DNA from: Squalus acanthias | Taxonomy: Eukaryota | Assembly (NCBI GenBank): GCA_030390025.1 | Contig: CM059432.1 | Coordinates: 122,700,001-122,764,000 of the forward strand | DNA length: 64,000 nucleotides | Direction: 5' to 3' | Shown: one piece after another, positions 12,020-24,712 of the stretch | How positions within the stretch are numbered: the first letter of the stretch is position 1 | Layout of the letters: the number at the start of each line of letters is the position of its first letter | Notes under the pieces: model-generated | Database searches by the model: none | What the model saw: only the letters and a program-made list of their open reading frames with translations | What the model was told of the DNA's origin: nothing | Position numbers and translations under genes: made by a program

Positions 12020-13816
12020 TGTAGCGGGTGGTGTGGTAGGGTCAGCTTCACCTCTGACTCAGTGAGCAGTTCGAATCGCTCCCACGCCCCTGGTTCTAGA
12101 CCTTGCACTTATTTGGGGGTTGTGAACAAAGCTGCAGTAGACAACAGGTTTTGATGAAAGAGTTTTGACTTTTATTAAAGAAAAGGGTAACAAACTTAAA
12201 ACACACTTAATGCTTAAACACAGGTTGGGGAACACACGGTACAGGCGAGGGAGAATTATAATATACAAAAACCCTTATCCCTCCCAATCCCACTGCCTGG
12301 CTAGGTTTAATTCCAGAGGATCAGGGATAATGCTCACCAATTGACAGTCCTTGACAGGTGAGGTATTTTGCGATTTCGGGGTTCACTGAGGGTTTTGGTT
12401 GCCGGGGCCTGCCGTACCCCGGACATGGTAGAAGACTCCAGCTGCACTCCAGGTCAGTTTGGGTCTGTCCGCTGATGCGGTAAGGTGCGTATTGGATTCT
12501 ATCAGGTGAGTACCCGATTTTTCTTCCTTAGAGGTAGGGTTTAGAGTTTTTTAAGGGAAAATCTTACCCAGGGGTAAGTCAGGAATAGTTTATAGCGTGG
12601 AAACTTGCGTGTCTTCAGGTTTTCCTGCTGTTGGTCTTTCGGTGTCGCCTAGTGGTTGGTTGCTGCGCGGGGCCTTGGTTTCCGCGGTACTTTCAAGTGT
12701 CGGTCTATCTCGTGGAGCCCTTGGTGGCTCTTGTTGTTGGTTCGTTGCGTTGGAGGCCTGTCAGGGCGGTACCTCCTGGAGCTGGACCGTGTTTTGAGCG
12801 ATGCCGACTCGCTCCCCGCTTCTAGTGGCCTTTGCTAGTGTCTGCTAGAGCTGGACCGCATGTTGAGTGATGCCGACTCGCTCCCAGCTCGTGGGCTCAG
12901 TTCTAGCCTTGCCTGGCCTTGTCTGTCCCTGCCTCCGATCTCGCCTCGGGTCTGCCTGCCTCATGGCCTAGCTGCTCGTGTCGTGTGGCTCACCCGTCTG
13001 TGCAACTCTCTGCTTCTTGTGGGGGATTGGGCCCTCAATTATACTGTTCAGGCCTATTGTGTTTTTTGCGCCAAAACCGCTTTACTAAATCGGTTTTGTG
13101 TTGAACTGATTTAGGTTTCAGTTGAGACCTGTTTATTCTATTGTCTTAGGTTTTGGCGGGCTCGTTAAGTCTGATGACTTTAATTTTGTATTAACTTGTC
13201 CCGATGGCTTCCGATGTCTTTCATTTAGATAGGGCCTTTATCTACGCGCCAAATCTCGCTCCTTTTGTCTTAGGTTTTTGGCGGGCTCGTTAACCGGTTC
13301 CTGTAGATACTTGGCTAATCGGTTTTTGATGGGATGATGCCTATGAAGCTGTGTACTGGAAGTTTTATTGTTAGGGATTGTTTTCAGACTTCCAGCATTC
13401 TGTCTGGACCTGGGGATTTCAAAAGGGTCTTGGTTTATTCATTTTTTTGGATATGTTTGTGAGGTTTTGGGTGAGGCTCTTCCTCCTTGGTTGGATTGCA
13501 GTGCAAACATCTCCCAGACAGCTTAGCTTGGTCCCAAACCCAAAAGCTGTCCACTGCCTCACCACACCCTTTCCCCGCAGCCTGTCTTGTTTCTGTGTCT
13601 GCAGGTTTTCCCAATGGCCCTTTTAAAGGTATAGTATTATCCAAAGTAATTTTCCTCAGCGTTTTTCTTCCCTGATCCTTAAAACTGTCCAAAACTGAGG
13701 TTTTGACCTCAAATTCCTTCATTTAGGTCCCATCATTCCAAATTCGTGTTTAAGATCCAAGACTCACCTCCTTTAGGGTTCTATTCGAGTTTCTGGGGGA
13801 TTTTGCGAAGCCTACA
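12020..13816 (-). mobile_element. Long solo-LTR-like element (about 1.8 kb)
   Basis: TGTAG..CTACA termini, reverse-complement homology to 41460-42648 at both ends, and AATAAA on the minus strand at 12171-76. Flanks share only TGC, an imperfect TSD. Confidence 0.75.
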
Positions 13817-13868
13817 TGCCTGTTTTCTTACTCAGGGCAGCAGAATAATTGCAATCTCAATCGCCATG

Positions 13869-14325
13869 TCAGCCGTGGCTCAGTGGTAGCTCGCTCATCT
13901 CTGAATCAGAAGGTTGGAGGTTCATGTTCCACTCCAGAGACTTGAGCACCTAATCTGGACTAACATTTGATTGACTGTTGAAGGTGCCGCCTTTTGAATG
14001 ACTTGTTAAACCGAGACGCCCGTCTGCCTTCTCAGGCGGATGTGAAATATCCCATGGCACTATTTTGAAGATGAGCAGGGGAGTTCGCCCCGGTGTCCTG
14101 ACCAATATTTATCCCTCAACCAACATCACTAAAAGAGATTATCTGGTCATTATCAGATTGCTCTTTGTGGGAGCTTGCTGTGCGCAAATTGGCTGCTGCG
14201 TTTCCTATATTACAGCAGTGATTACACTTCAAAAGTACTTAATTGGCTGGTTTTTTTTCCAAGTGCTGTGACCTGTTCTGAGGTCGTGAAAGGCGCTATA
14301 TAAATGTAAATTCTTTCTTTTCTTT
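13869..14325 (+). mobile_element. tRNA-headed SINE, SacSINE1/Deu-domain type
   Basis: A-box TGGCTCAGTGG, B-box-like GGTTCATGTTCC, core GTTAAACCGAG..CCCATGGCACTATT..TGTGCGCAAATTGGCTGC, and an L2-like tail GGCGCTATATAAAT. Several copies occur in the window. Confidence 0.8.
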
Positions 14326-15673
14326 TAACATGCATTGTGTAAACATATTCAGCTGGCATTGCTACCAAATCAGTGCAAGTCCATAATTTTAATGTGACAT
14401 CCCGTACAGTTAGTTGCACCAATTTCTTACTATATGACTATCATCTGTATTTCAAATAACTGAATCAAGACACAATGAATCTGGCAGAGGCAAGTAAAGA
14501 CAGTCAATTCTGCTCCTCCAGTCACAAAAGAAATCTCACTGGGGAGATATGATAAAACCTTGCAAGTTCCAGCTATCATTATTCAGTGTATTTGGCTTCA
14601 TATATAATTATAGTATACTATAACATTGTGTGACATGTCTCCTTTTTGACAACTGGGAATATTCTAAGCTAGTCCAAGGTTATTTTTACTGTCTGAAATA
14701 AATCGCAAGATGATGTAGGGCCTTCAGATGATAGAATATGCCTAAAGGCATTCAACCTAAAAATCACAGATTAGAACAAGCCAGGAGTCCAATTAAGACC
14801 CCTCTCCCCACAAAAGCAAACTCCTTCAAAAATTATATTATTCCGAACATTTTTAGACAGTATGCAAGTAAATCTGTATTATTGTACATACTGTGATCAG
14901 CATAGATCTAAGATATTGTGAGGTTGGATTGGGAAGGCAAGTAAAAAAAGCAGTGTTTGAAACCAGGAGCTTGCTGAATGTTCCTGCAAATATGGACTTG
15001 CTGTGGTAGGTTCCTGTGCACTGATAATGCTTGGAAAGTGCCCAATTCAAGTAAGACAAAATCTGACACTGGATCAGAAAAATTTGTGGAAGGAGCAGGG
15101 GAGTGGGACTAATTGGATAGCTCTTTCAAAGAGCTCGGATGCACAAGATGGGCCAAATAGCTCTTCTGTGCTGTGTGATTCTATGATCAGCCACACAGAT
15201 GACCAAGGGAGTGTGTTCTAGCAGTTGTGAATTATCTATTGGATGCAGAGAGCCCTTTGTTCCCATGATTGCAAAGCAAATGATGATTCATTGTGAAGTG
15301 TGGTTTACCTTTGGTATCATTGTTATGGGGCAGTGCCAGTATGCTGAAGTGCATTACCATCTTAATGGATAGTGCTTGAATTTCAAAAGCAAAACATTCT
15401 TATAATCCAGGGACTGTCTCATCGTTTACACAGGAAGGGGTGGAGAGAGTTCTGTTTGAAAAATCTTACATAAGAGATTGGCTTTTTAAGAACTTGCCCA
15501 GAGAAGCTGGAAGAGCTTTGGACTCTTCATGGTATGAAGCGTTTGATTATTGTACGATATAGTATGTTGTTTACATCCTTTGCTTCTGTATATTATTTTA
15601 TCTGTATATAAATAAGTTGTATAATGATTCAGAGGTGCAGTATTTTCCATCAGTTGAGGTGATGGGAGAACAT

Positions 15674-15854
15674 AATAAAAACAGAAAATGCTGGAGAAAC
15701 TCAGCAGGTCAGGCAGCATCTGTGAAGAGAGAAACAGAGTTAACGTTTCAGGTCAATGACCTTTCGTCAGGTCATCGACCTGAAACGTTAACTCTGTTTC
15801 TCCAGCATTTTCTGTTTTTATTTCAGATTTCCAGCATCTGCAGTATTTTCTTTT
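15674..15854. mobile_element. Short Penelope-derived palindromic insertion
   Basis: Inverted arms GAAACAGAGTTAACGTTTCAGGTC..GACCTGAAACGTTAACTCTGTTTC, a 14-bp direct repeat TGATGGGAGAACAT on both sides, and homology to the 3' end of the Penelope at 43290-43380. Confidence 0.8.
15741..15770 (-). ncRNA. Minimal hammerhead ribozyme core (PLE type)
   Basis: The minus strand reads CUGACGA-A-AGGUC-AUU-GACCU-GAAA-CGUU: both conserved boxes, a paired stem II and a palindromic stem III. Activity is not shown. Confidence 0.65.
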
Positions 15855-16202
15855 TGATGGGAGAACATGGTGGGCATCCTATTACGGAGTTACGGAGAGA
15901 AGGCGGGGACGGGATACTGAATTGGAGGATCAGCCATGATCTCATTAAATGGCGGAGCAGGCTCGAAGGGCCGGATGGCCTACTCCTGCTCCTATCTTCT
16001 ATGTATCTTCTATGTATCTATGCATTCTCCAGTGAGCAATATACTGTGGTATGGGTTAATCATTAAACCTAGGCTACGCTAACACAAACATGGCAGAGAG
16101 TAAAGATGCAGGGTTGAAATTCTATTTTCTCTTGCTGCAACAGTGGCATAAGTTCTAGCATTTAGAACTGGAATTTGGAGTGTATGCCAGATCTGCCAGA
16201 GG

Positions 16203-16590
16203 TTTTTTTTATTCGTTCCTGGGATGTGGGCGTCGTTGGCAAGGCCAGCATTTATTGCCCATCCCTAGTTGCCCTTGAGAAGGTGGTGGTGAGCCGCCTT
16301 CTTGAACCGCTGCAGTCCGTGTGGTGAAGGTACTCCCACAGTGCTGTTAGGGAGGGAGTTCCAGGATTTTGACCTAGCGATGATGAAGGAACGGTGATAT
16401 ATTTCCAAGTCAGGATGGTGTGTGACATGGAGGGGAACTTGGAGGTGGTGGTGTTCCCATGCACCTGCTGCTCTTGTCCTTCTAGGTGGTACAGGTCGCA
16501 GGTTTGGGAGGTGCTCCCGAAGAAGCCTTGGCAAGTTGCTGCAGTGCATCTTGTAGATGGTACACACTGCAGCCATGGTGCGCCAGTAGT
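16203..16590 (-). mobile_element. LINE 3' end fragment (CR1/L2 group)
   Basis: C-terminal ORF2 peptide ..SKSWNSLPNSTVGVPSPHGLQRFKKAAHHHLLKGN* followed by AATAAA and an A-rich end. Confidence 0.75.
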
Positions 16591-17641
16591 GGAGGGAGTT
16601 GTAAAATTCTCACTAAATTCTGGTGGAATTGGCTGCTGGCAGAAGATGTGCTTGCCTCCAAAATGGCACATGTATCCAAATGTCAAGATAATGAGCGCCA
16701 AAGCTCATATCCTCAAATGTCTACTATTTACATCCAAATTGCACCTGACAAGTTAGAAATGAGGGGTAGGTGGAATCTAATGCCATGTCTTCAGATTATG
16801 TCCCTGAGGGGGAGCATGTAAATGAAAACAGAAGGGGGCCAAGGATAGATCCTTGGGGGGCTCCAGGGGCAAGAATCCTTTGCTGGGATCCTTTGACTAC
16901 GTTTGGATAGGTAACAGTGGCACCAAGCGTCAGATGAGGGCAGGATTAGGTTTTGGTGTGCTTTTTATTTCCCCTCTCCCCCCACAGTCAAATAGCCTAC
17001 CAGCACTCAATGTCTTGACTTGTACGCGAAGAATGGTTGCTCGGCGAGATTATGTGCCACCAATGTACCCCAATAAAACATTAATTGCTCCAAGCAAGGA
17101 GGGGAAGGGAGATCATTGGCAAAAGGAGCAAGAAATTAAACTGTTGAAAGGCTTGTCTGTAACTGAGATGATTGAAATCTGTGAAAGTCCAAAACAAAAC
17201 ATTCTAGAGTTTCAGATTGGGACTATATTAATCCTGGATACCTTTATCTCATAGCTCCACAAGTCTCAAAAAACAATTATCTCTATTTTACTAAGAACAA
17301 TGAGCAGCTGTCCATAAGAATGGTTACACTTATTCATATAAATCAGATGCTATCTGTTGAGCAAGCTGGTACTGATTTAGGATAACTGTCAAATTGTTCT
17401 CACAGTTTCCTCAGGCAGTTTCCGTCTCAGTCAAGTTATTATATTTTATACTAAACTACATACGTTCAGTGTTCCTTTGACGTTCACTGTAGCAGTTACT
17501 TTTATGTGTGTGTGTGAATATTATGCTTTACTGGGTGAGGGCCGTGAAAAGAGCTTCACTTTTTTGGCGCCAGGTCTTGCCATGAGGCTCCCAGGTCAGG
17601 TTTAGCACGGCAGAAGATCCTTCTACTTTGCTCTTATCAAT

Positions 17642-17794
17642 GGGGTAAATTATTCACCTTCACCGCAGCAACTGTAATCTGTTGGAGCGGATCGCCTGCC
17701 CGTTATAGAAGCTATCCGATTTTCATTCCGTTGATGGGCAGGTGATCCACTCCACCAGATCATCGTCCATGCAGTGAAGATGAAAATTTACCCC
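17642..17794. mobile_element. 153-bp palindromic Harbinger-type MITE
   Basis: TIRs GGGGTAAATT / AATTTACCCC, perfect TSD AAT (17639-41, 17795-97), and internal arms that are also complementary. Confidence 0.85.
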
Positions 17795-19239
17795 AATATG
17801 ATTTAACTCAATTTCGGAAGACCCCACCAGAATATGTTTTGTTCATTTACCACTCCAAACATTCCTTTCAGCCCCTTCTGAGCAGGATTGCCAGTATGTA
17901 GCTGAGTTAGGACAGTTTTACACTGGTAACTCAAATCCACTAGATCCTGGGCCCATGCTGTCTGAACCTAGTTCTCAAAGGAACCCTTATACCCAAGAGA
18001 GAGGTGACTTCGAACTCACCATGTACTGATTCTCACTGCTGAAAGAATTGTATGCTCAACTGCTGTGCCACCTAATTTCCTGTCGTCAGAACTTCTCCAG
18101 TCTCGCAAACATTAAATGTGTCTTTTTTCTTCTTTAAATCTTGTTCTAAAAATATAATGGAGCGATTGTTTGATTTTTTTTTCAGTAGTTAGCTTTTCCT
18201 TCAGACTTTACGTAGTGCGGGTGAGTTTCCTTCTTTGGTCTTCCGATGCTACAGTGAATCTTTGAGGCTGTTTAAACTGGAAAAGAACTGCTGATCCTAA
18301 TCAGACCAGTTTAGTAAATTTCTCTGCCTTCATCCACTTCCCTCTTCCCCACTGACTGCTGCTTTCCCCTGACCTCAAAGTTACTGTGGAGGTACAACCT
18401 CCAATATTGACTATTAGAATAAACGTCAGTTTACAAACAATGCAGCTTTTTTCATCTCAGAAAAATATCCATTCTTTCAGCATTCCTTCTCTCCATTCTT
18501 GGATGTCTTCTGTATTTGTTTATTCTTTGTTTTATTAATTGCTTCTGTTTTATCCACTTTTGTTCTGTTAATCGCTATGTCCATTTTATATTTATCCATC
18601 CTTGTTTCCTTTTGTTATCTGACACTGTTATGTTCCTTTGCATAGGTGACACTGTTTCTACTGTAGCATTCTCCACTTTAAGGATAGCCTTTAGTGACTC
18701 TTGCTAATTTAACATCCGCTTTGTGCTTTCTAGTGTCAGCACGAAGCTCTGTAATACTTATACAGCAATTTCACCAACGCACATGCGTATGGGTAATAAC
18801 TGTTGTCATTTGGACTTAAAGTCTGTCACTGAAATCCCCAGCAATTGAAGTAGAATCCAACTTATTAGTGGTGCTATATTAGGGGACAGGGGTCAGAAGG
18901 GCCCCATGCTCCTGTCTAATAAGCACAGATCACTTTAACATTGAAATCTCTGTATATTACACAAAATGTCCCAGTTGGTAAATTAATAGTCTATGTCGCA
19001 CCTGTTAGACTTTAGGCAAGATTCTGGGCAAGGTGGTGCGCATTAAGATGCTTTATGCAGTTATTTGTCTGGCCACTATTTAGTTGCCGCCTATGTAGAA
19101 ACATGGCATTTTCAAATCAGCAACAAAGTGACTTTTACCAGTGAGAAGTTAAGCAACCTTATCAGAACTGAGCCTCAATAACCACAATTTAGCATTGTAA
19201 CAAACAGTAAATGGGCATTTTGCCCCATATAAAGCTCCA

Positions 19240-20155
19240 AGTGGGCAGAAATTCAGCTTCCACATGTACATTAATAACACCCAGCTCTACCACCACACCA
19301 CCTCTCTCGACCCCTTCAATGTCTCTGTGCTATCAAACTGACATCCAGCTGCTGAGCCATAACTGTCTCCAACTAAACATTGGGAAGACTAAAGCCATTG
19401 TCTTTGGCCCCCGCCACAAACTCCATCCCCCTTCACGGCCACTGTCTCAGGCTGAACCAGACTATTCACAGCGTTGGTGTCCTGCTCAGCCTAAGTTGAG
19501 TGTTCCACCTCATGTCCTATCCATCACAAAGTCTTCCTATTTCCACCTGTAATGTTACCCACCTCATTCCCTACCTGAGCGCATCTGTCATTGAAATCCA
19601 CAATCATGCCTTTGTCATCTCTAAATTTAATTACTCTGATGCCCTCTCGGCTGGTCTCTCATCCTCCACCCTTCATAGACTTCAGCTCATTCAAAGCTCT
19701 GCTGCCCATCTCATTTCCCATACCAAGTCACGTTCACCCATCACATCTGTTCTCACTGACCTACATTCGCCCCCAGTTCCACAATACCTCAAATTTAAAA
19801 TGTTCATCCTTCTGTTTAAATCCCTCCATAGCCTCGCCCCTCCCTAGCTCTGGAACTACCTCCAGGCCTGCAACCCCCATCCCCTAGCCCCTGTACTGTC
19901 CACCCTTTGAGTCCAGTCTCTTTAGTAGCCCCCTCCCTCAATGTCTGGAATTCACTCTCTAAACCTCAATGTCTCTCCATATCCCTCTCCACCTCTAAGG
20001 CACTCCTTAAAACCTACCTCTTTGACTAAGCTTTTGGTCACCCATCCTAATATTACCTTTCTTTTGGCTCAGCGTCTATTTTCTTTCTGCCTCTGTGAAG
20101 GGCCCGGGGACATTTTACAATGTTAAAGGTGCTGTAACATTACAAATTGTTGTTA
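19240..20155 (+). mobile_element. L2 LINE 3' fragment, degraded
   Basis: Peptides NCLQLNIGKTKAIVFG, HAFVISKFNYSDAL, LQLIQSSAA and SLKPTSLTKLL, followed by a TGT-repeat tail. Confidence 0.8.
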
Positions 20156-21377
20156 TGATTAAAATTTAAAGTGTAATGATGCAAAAATTGCAACTTCTGG
20201 AGTTGGAGGTGGTCCTCAAACACAAAGAACTATTGGCAGGGAGGTAGTCATCTTCACAGTTTTGCTAACAAGGGGCTGGAACTCGAGCCCCGATTGATGG
20301 GGCTCTCAGCCTATTCCAGATGTCAGAGAACCTGAATTTGGATGACCCACTTGAGGTCACTGAGCCGTCATGGGCAATTGTACGAGGCATTCCAACCCCA
20401 GCACTCTAACAGTGAGGAGAGCTACTGATCCCGACACCATTCACACCAAATTGGATGAGCTACTTTCAACCAGTGCTTGCTGCTTCCGGAAGAGGTAGCA
20501 TAGAGTGAGGGGGGGGGAAAAATCATGACTTTAGCTGGGGAATATCATCATGTGTAGGAATATTTAACATCCATTCAAAGAAGATAATAAATTAACTTTA
20601 ATCACAGTCTTTGCCAGTGACCTACATCGGTGGTTCCCTGGGGGTCCGCGCAGAAGTGTGAAAGTTACTTTTTTTCATTGCTAAAATCTTTCAGTGAGTT
20701 GCATTTTGTGACAATATCTTCTTCCTTTCTGCGATAAACATACTTTTGTGTTATCCTTTACTCCGTTGACTTCTTTGCCTTTTAGAAGCCTGCAGCTCAT
20801 CTCCCTAACAACCGTGCAGTTGCCAGGCTCCGGCACGGGATGCCTGGCGGCAGGGGAGGGGGGGTGCTGGTTGTGGCAGTCGGGTAGAGGCAGCCGGCTG
20901 GCCGGCCAGACAGACAGTGGAGGGAGGGGTGCAGCGCGGTGGGTCAGGCCGCTGCTTAGCTTCTTTCGGGACCCGATGGAACGGCAGAAGGCGGCTCACG
21001 GTTGCCGCGGCCAGGCCCCCGACGCTACAACGCGGCCGAGCAGAGAGTGAGAGTCCGCGACTCGAGCTGCAGGCACCATGTGTCGGCCTCACTGAAGAAA
21101 CAAAAGGCGAGTTGGATCCCGGTACAGTTGGTACACTCCCCGATAGAGCCAGTACACGATCCCCTCCCGCGCTGGGCCCCTGCCCCCACAGATACTCTGA
21201 AGCAATACAACTGAGTTTAAATATATTTAAATCTTCCTTGTGAATAAAACAATGTACAATTAAAGCAAATCCAGTGAGAAAACTTCAATAAAACCCAAAT
21301 TACAGGTGGGAAAGTTTCAGTTCTCAATGCATTTTCTTACAACATGACTGAAGGCATGGCAAGTATCTCCATTATAA

Positions 21378-21640
21378 TAGAATGATACAGCACAGAAGAA
21401 GGCCATTCGCCCCATTGTGCCTGTGCCGGCTCTTTGGTAGAGCTGTCTAATTAGTCCCACTCTCACGCTCCTTCCCCATAGCCCTGCAATGTTTCTCTTT
21501 AAGTATTTATCCAATTCCCTATTGAAAGTTACCATTGAATCTGCTTCCACCACCCTTTCAGGCAGTGCATTCCAGATCACAACAACTCGCTGTGTAAAAC
21601 AAAATGTTTCCGCATGTCGCCTCTGGTTCTTTTGCCAATC
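21378..21640 (-). mobile_element. CR1 3' end fragment nested in the hAT
   Basis: IWNALPERVVEADS..FNRELDKYL plus the CR1 tail ATGGGCGAATGGCCTTCTTCTGTGCTG. Confidence 0.85.
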
Positions 21641-21642
21641 AG

Positions 21643-21853
21643 TACCCAGAATTGGTAAAAAAAAGCAATGAAAGTGTTGCTACCTTTCCCAACAACATAC
21701 ATTTGTGAAACATAATTTTCTGCTATGGCAGCAATGAAGACAAAGTGCAGGTCCTGTCTGGAAGTGGAGAATGATTTACGAGTGTCATTGACAAACATCA
21801 CACCAAGGATAGACAGACTCTGCAGTGAGAAGCAGGCACAGCCATCTCACTGA
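21643..21853 (+). pseudogene. hAT transposase C-terminal (dimerization) remnant
   Basis: Hand translation AMKVLLPFPTTYICET*FSAMAAMKTKCRSCLEVENDLRVSLTNITPRIDRLCSEKQAQPSH*, typical of Buster/Charlie/ZBED5-like proteins. It has one internal stop. Confidence 0.85.
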
Positions 21854-21873
21854 TATCTGTAAGTAAATACTCT

Positions 21874-24007
21874 GGGCGAGAAATTTGTGGCCTTAGCACC
21901 ACTCCGTAGCGCCATTAAATAGCGCGAAAATGGCGGCCGCTGCTCTTTCGCCAGCTGGTGGCGGGTTCTGCGGCGGCCACCGTTTTGGTCCCTACCAGTA
22001 ACTAGCAGCGCCATCCCGAACAAAATGGCGGCGTTGTGATGCCAATCGGTGTGCAACGCTGACTTAACGTCACAAACGCAAACTTCGACCCCAGCTTCAG
22101 CACTATGTCCTAAGCATGCCAGGTAAACCTAGCGCGCAAGCAGGCTGACAGTGGCGATGTCAGCACCTCTTAAAAGGACACACACATCGTTCAGGTAAGT
22201 TTGTATTTAAGCTATTGGTCTGTTTTTTTTAATTTTATTGAAGTGGTGGCTTGCTGCAATAGATGAGAAAACTTTTTTAAATGTGTAGGGAGTGCTGTTG
22301 AACGCTTGCAAGAGTTCGGATGGTAAATGTAGGCCTTTGAGAAGACAGAAAATGCTGCAAATATTCAGCAGGTCAGGAAACATCCGTGGAGAGAAAAACA
22401 GAGTTCAAGTCTCAGGTCAAGATGCTGCCTGACCAGCTGAGTATTTCCAGCATTTTATGATGTCATTTCACATTTACAGCATCACTCGCAGAGGGAAGAG
22501 GAAGATGCAGAAGAGGAGGAAGCAGAAGAGGAGGAATCAGACGGAAGGATGCATCCGAGACAGTCCCTTTGTGGCCAGGATATCCGGGATGGAATCATCC
22601 GCCTGCGGTCCCAGTGACCACAACCCCATTTCCCCTTTCAACATTAGTCTCACACCTTACCTTTCATCTGTTACTGACCATCACAATGTCCTCTTGGCCA
22701 CAATGTTGAAATAAAATCCACCACAAAGCAAACTTTCCAATCCAACTATATACGCCTATCCATCCAGTATGACCTCAAGAAATCAACTCATCACCCGTAT
22801 GCATCTCTCTTAGTGACTGTCTTGTGTATGCCTTTGCCTATCCTACTGATGTCACGCAGTGCCACCCCAGTGGCTGCAGCATGGCTGGTGGAAGGCTCCT
22901 GACTTTCAGTGGGGGACACTTGCAGGATGACCAGGGAGCTGGTGGCTGGGAGTGTGAAATCAATCTTCTTCTTCTTGTTCTTCTTCACTCTCCTCGCCCT
23001 CTTCTTGGTTACCTGCTGGCTGGGCAGGCTGCATTTCTGGGTGTGTGAAATGAGGAAGGCACAAGGGTGGAGTTGTGGTGACAGGAGGGTGGGAAAGCAA
23101 GAGGTGCATGCCAGAAGGTGGATAACGTATGAGGATACCAGCATCTTGAATCCTTTCAGCCCCGCCGGTGGCCAAGGGCTCAGCCATGCCCCTGCCAAGA
23201 ATGGCTAGCACCGTCTCCTCCAAGGGGGTGAGGTGAGACTAGGAATGGGAGATGTGCCTCGTGATTGGTGCAGATTGTTGGTAGGTGAGTGATTGGGGGC
23301 TGTGCATTGAGCAGTGTGTGAGGCTAGTGGTGCAGTTGGTAGGAAATGGCTTTTGAAGATGCATTCACTGACCTTGACCAGTGGTCTGAGGTCATGAATC
23401 TTCTTTGGGCACTGGAGCCAGGTGGTGGGGGCGACACTGCTGGCAGTGACGGCCTTAGTGTGTACTCTCACATCGCTCTTTCTGAAGGTCCTCCTGGCCC
23501 CAGTGTTGACCCCCTGCACAAAGCTGGAGTGCTGCGAGCGTGACCCTGGGTGCCCCTTCCCTGGCTTGCTGAGCCATTTGTGTTGGTGCTGAGGCAGTTT
23601 TCCCATTTTATGAGGTGAGGAAGAGCTAAATGTGCATATTTGGGACTTCTGTTTAATGTTAAATATTTTTTTAAAAGGCAGAAAGGGCTGAAAACTGCAT
23701 GGTTTCACTGGATTTTAATTTGTATTACTTCAGAGTGCACGGCCCCTTTAATTCACAGACCTTTTCATTGCTCACAGTTTATTGCGAGCTCCATAGCCTC
23801 ACTTCCAGAGCCTGTGCGAAGCTCGAATGCTGCCCCTGCACAGGAACTTCAGGTCGGATGCCTCCAGCACGGAAGGTAAGCGCTGCGCCAACAATCTCCA
23901 GTCCCCAGACGAATTTTGCCCCATTACCGTTGCGGCCATTTTCAGTGGCTGTTAACTCCAGTTGCCGGTGCCGCTGGCAACTTTAGTGGCTAACACGAAT
24001 TTCTCCC
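21874..24007. mobile_element. Degraded, internally deleted Harbinger nested in the hAT
   Basis: Ends GGGCGAGAAATTTGTG / CACGAATTTCTCCCT. Minus-strand Myb remnants TTWLQCPKKIHDL..VK|GTCAGT and EPSTSHAAATGVALR. An acidic transposase-tail remnant lies near 22490-22600 and a small PLE remnant at about 22340-22456. Confidence 0.75.
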
Positions 24008-24254
24008 TCCTGTTTTCTTAAAAGCATTATTAAACCACTCCTTACATGCAGCACTTTCATATTGTGAGTATTATATAGTATTATAATTTAGATGGGGGGT
24101 GTGGGGGGGTCCGTGATTATTAATCCATTTGAAAAAAGATCCTTCAACCAAAGAAGTTTGAGAACCACTGACCTACGTTAATATGATTACAAGGTCAGCA
24201 TGACGGGGTCAGTATCTGTGACCTGATGTTAGTCAGGCAGGTTTTGTAATAACT

Positions 24255-24712
24255 TGGCTCAGTTAGCTGTGCCTTTGCCTTCGAGTCATAAGTCTGAATT
24301 CAAATCCACTCCAGGACTTGGGCAAATAAGCCAGACCAACATATTACTGTACTACAGAGGGAGTGCTGCATTGTGTAAAATGCCTTCCTTTGGATGAGAT
24401 CTTAAACTGAGGTCCCAGCTGCCTGTTCGGCTGATTCAGGTACATGTTAAAGATCGTATGGTACTTTTTGAGGAAGAACAGAGAGTTTTTATGGTTTCTC
24501 GGCCAGCAGTCCACCTTAAACCAACCCCACCGAAAACAGATTACCTGCTTATTCATCTCATTATTTGTGGGATCTTGCTGTGCACAAAATGGCTAATGCA
24601 TTTGCCAGCATCACAAGAGTCACGGCACTTAAAGTAATTCATTTTACATGAATTGCTGTGGGACATTTCTGAGAGATATGATATGGTGCCATTATAAATT
24701 GCAAGCCTTTCT
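24255..24712 (+). mobile_element. SacSINE1/Deu-type SINE, diverged
   Basis: Colinear similarity to 13869-14325, including the TGGCTCAGTT head and TGTGCACAAAATGGCT. Confidence 0.7.

Larger units (their letters stand above)
20628..24170 (+). mobile_element. hAT (Charlie/Buster-type) transposon, internally deleted, hosting nested insertions
   Basis: Termini C(G)GTGGTTC / GAGAACCACTG, 8-bp TSD ACCTACAT (20620-27) / ACCTACGT (24171-78), and a transposase C-terminal remnant inside. Confidence 0.85.

Noticed and set aside
13875..13945. tRNA gene (likewise near 25380-25445 and 61875-61925)
   Set aside because: These are SINE heads with A/B boxes that continue into SINE bodies, and no full cloverleaf was seen.
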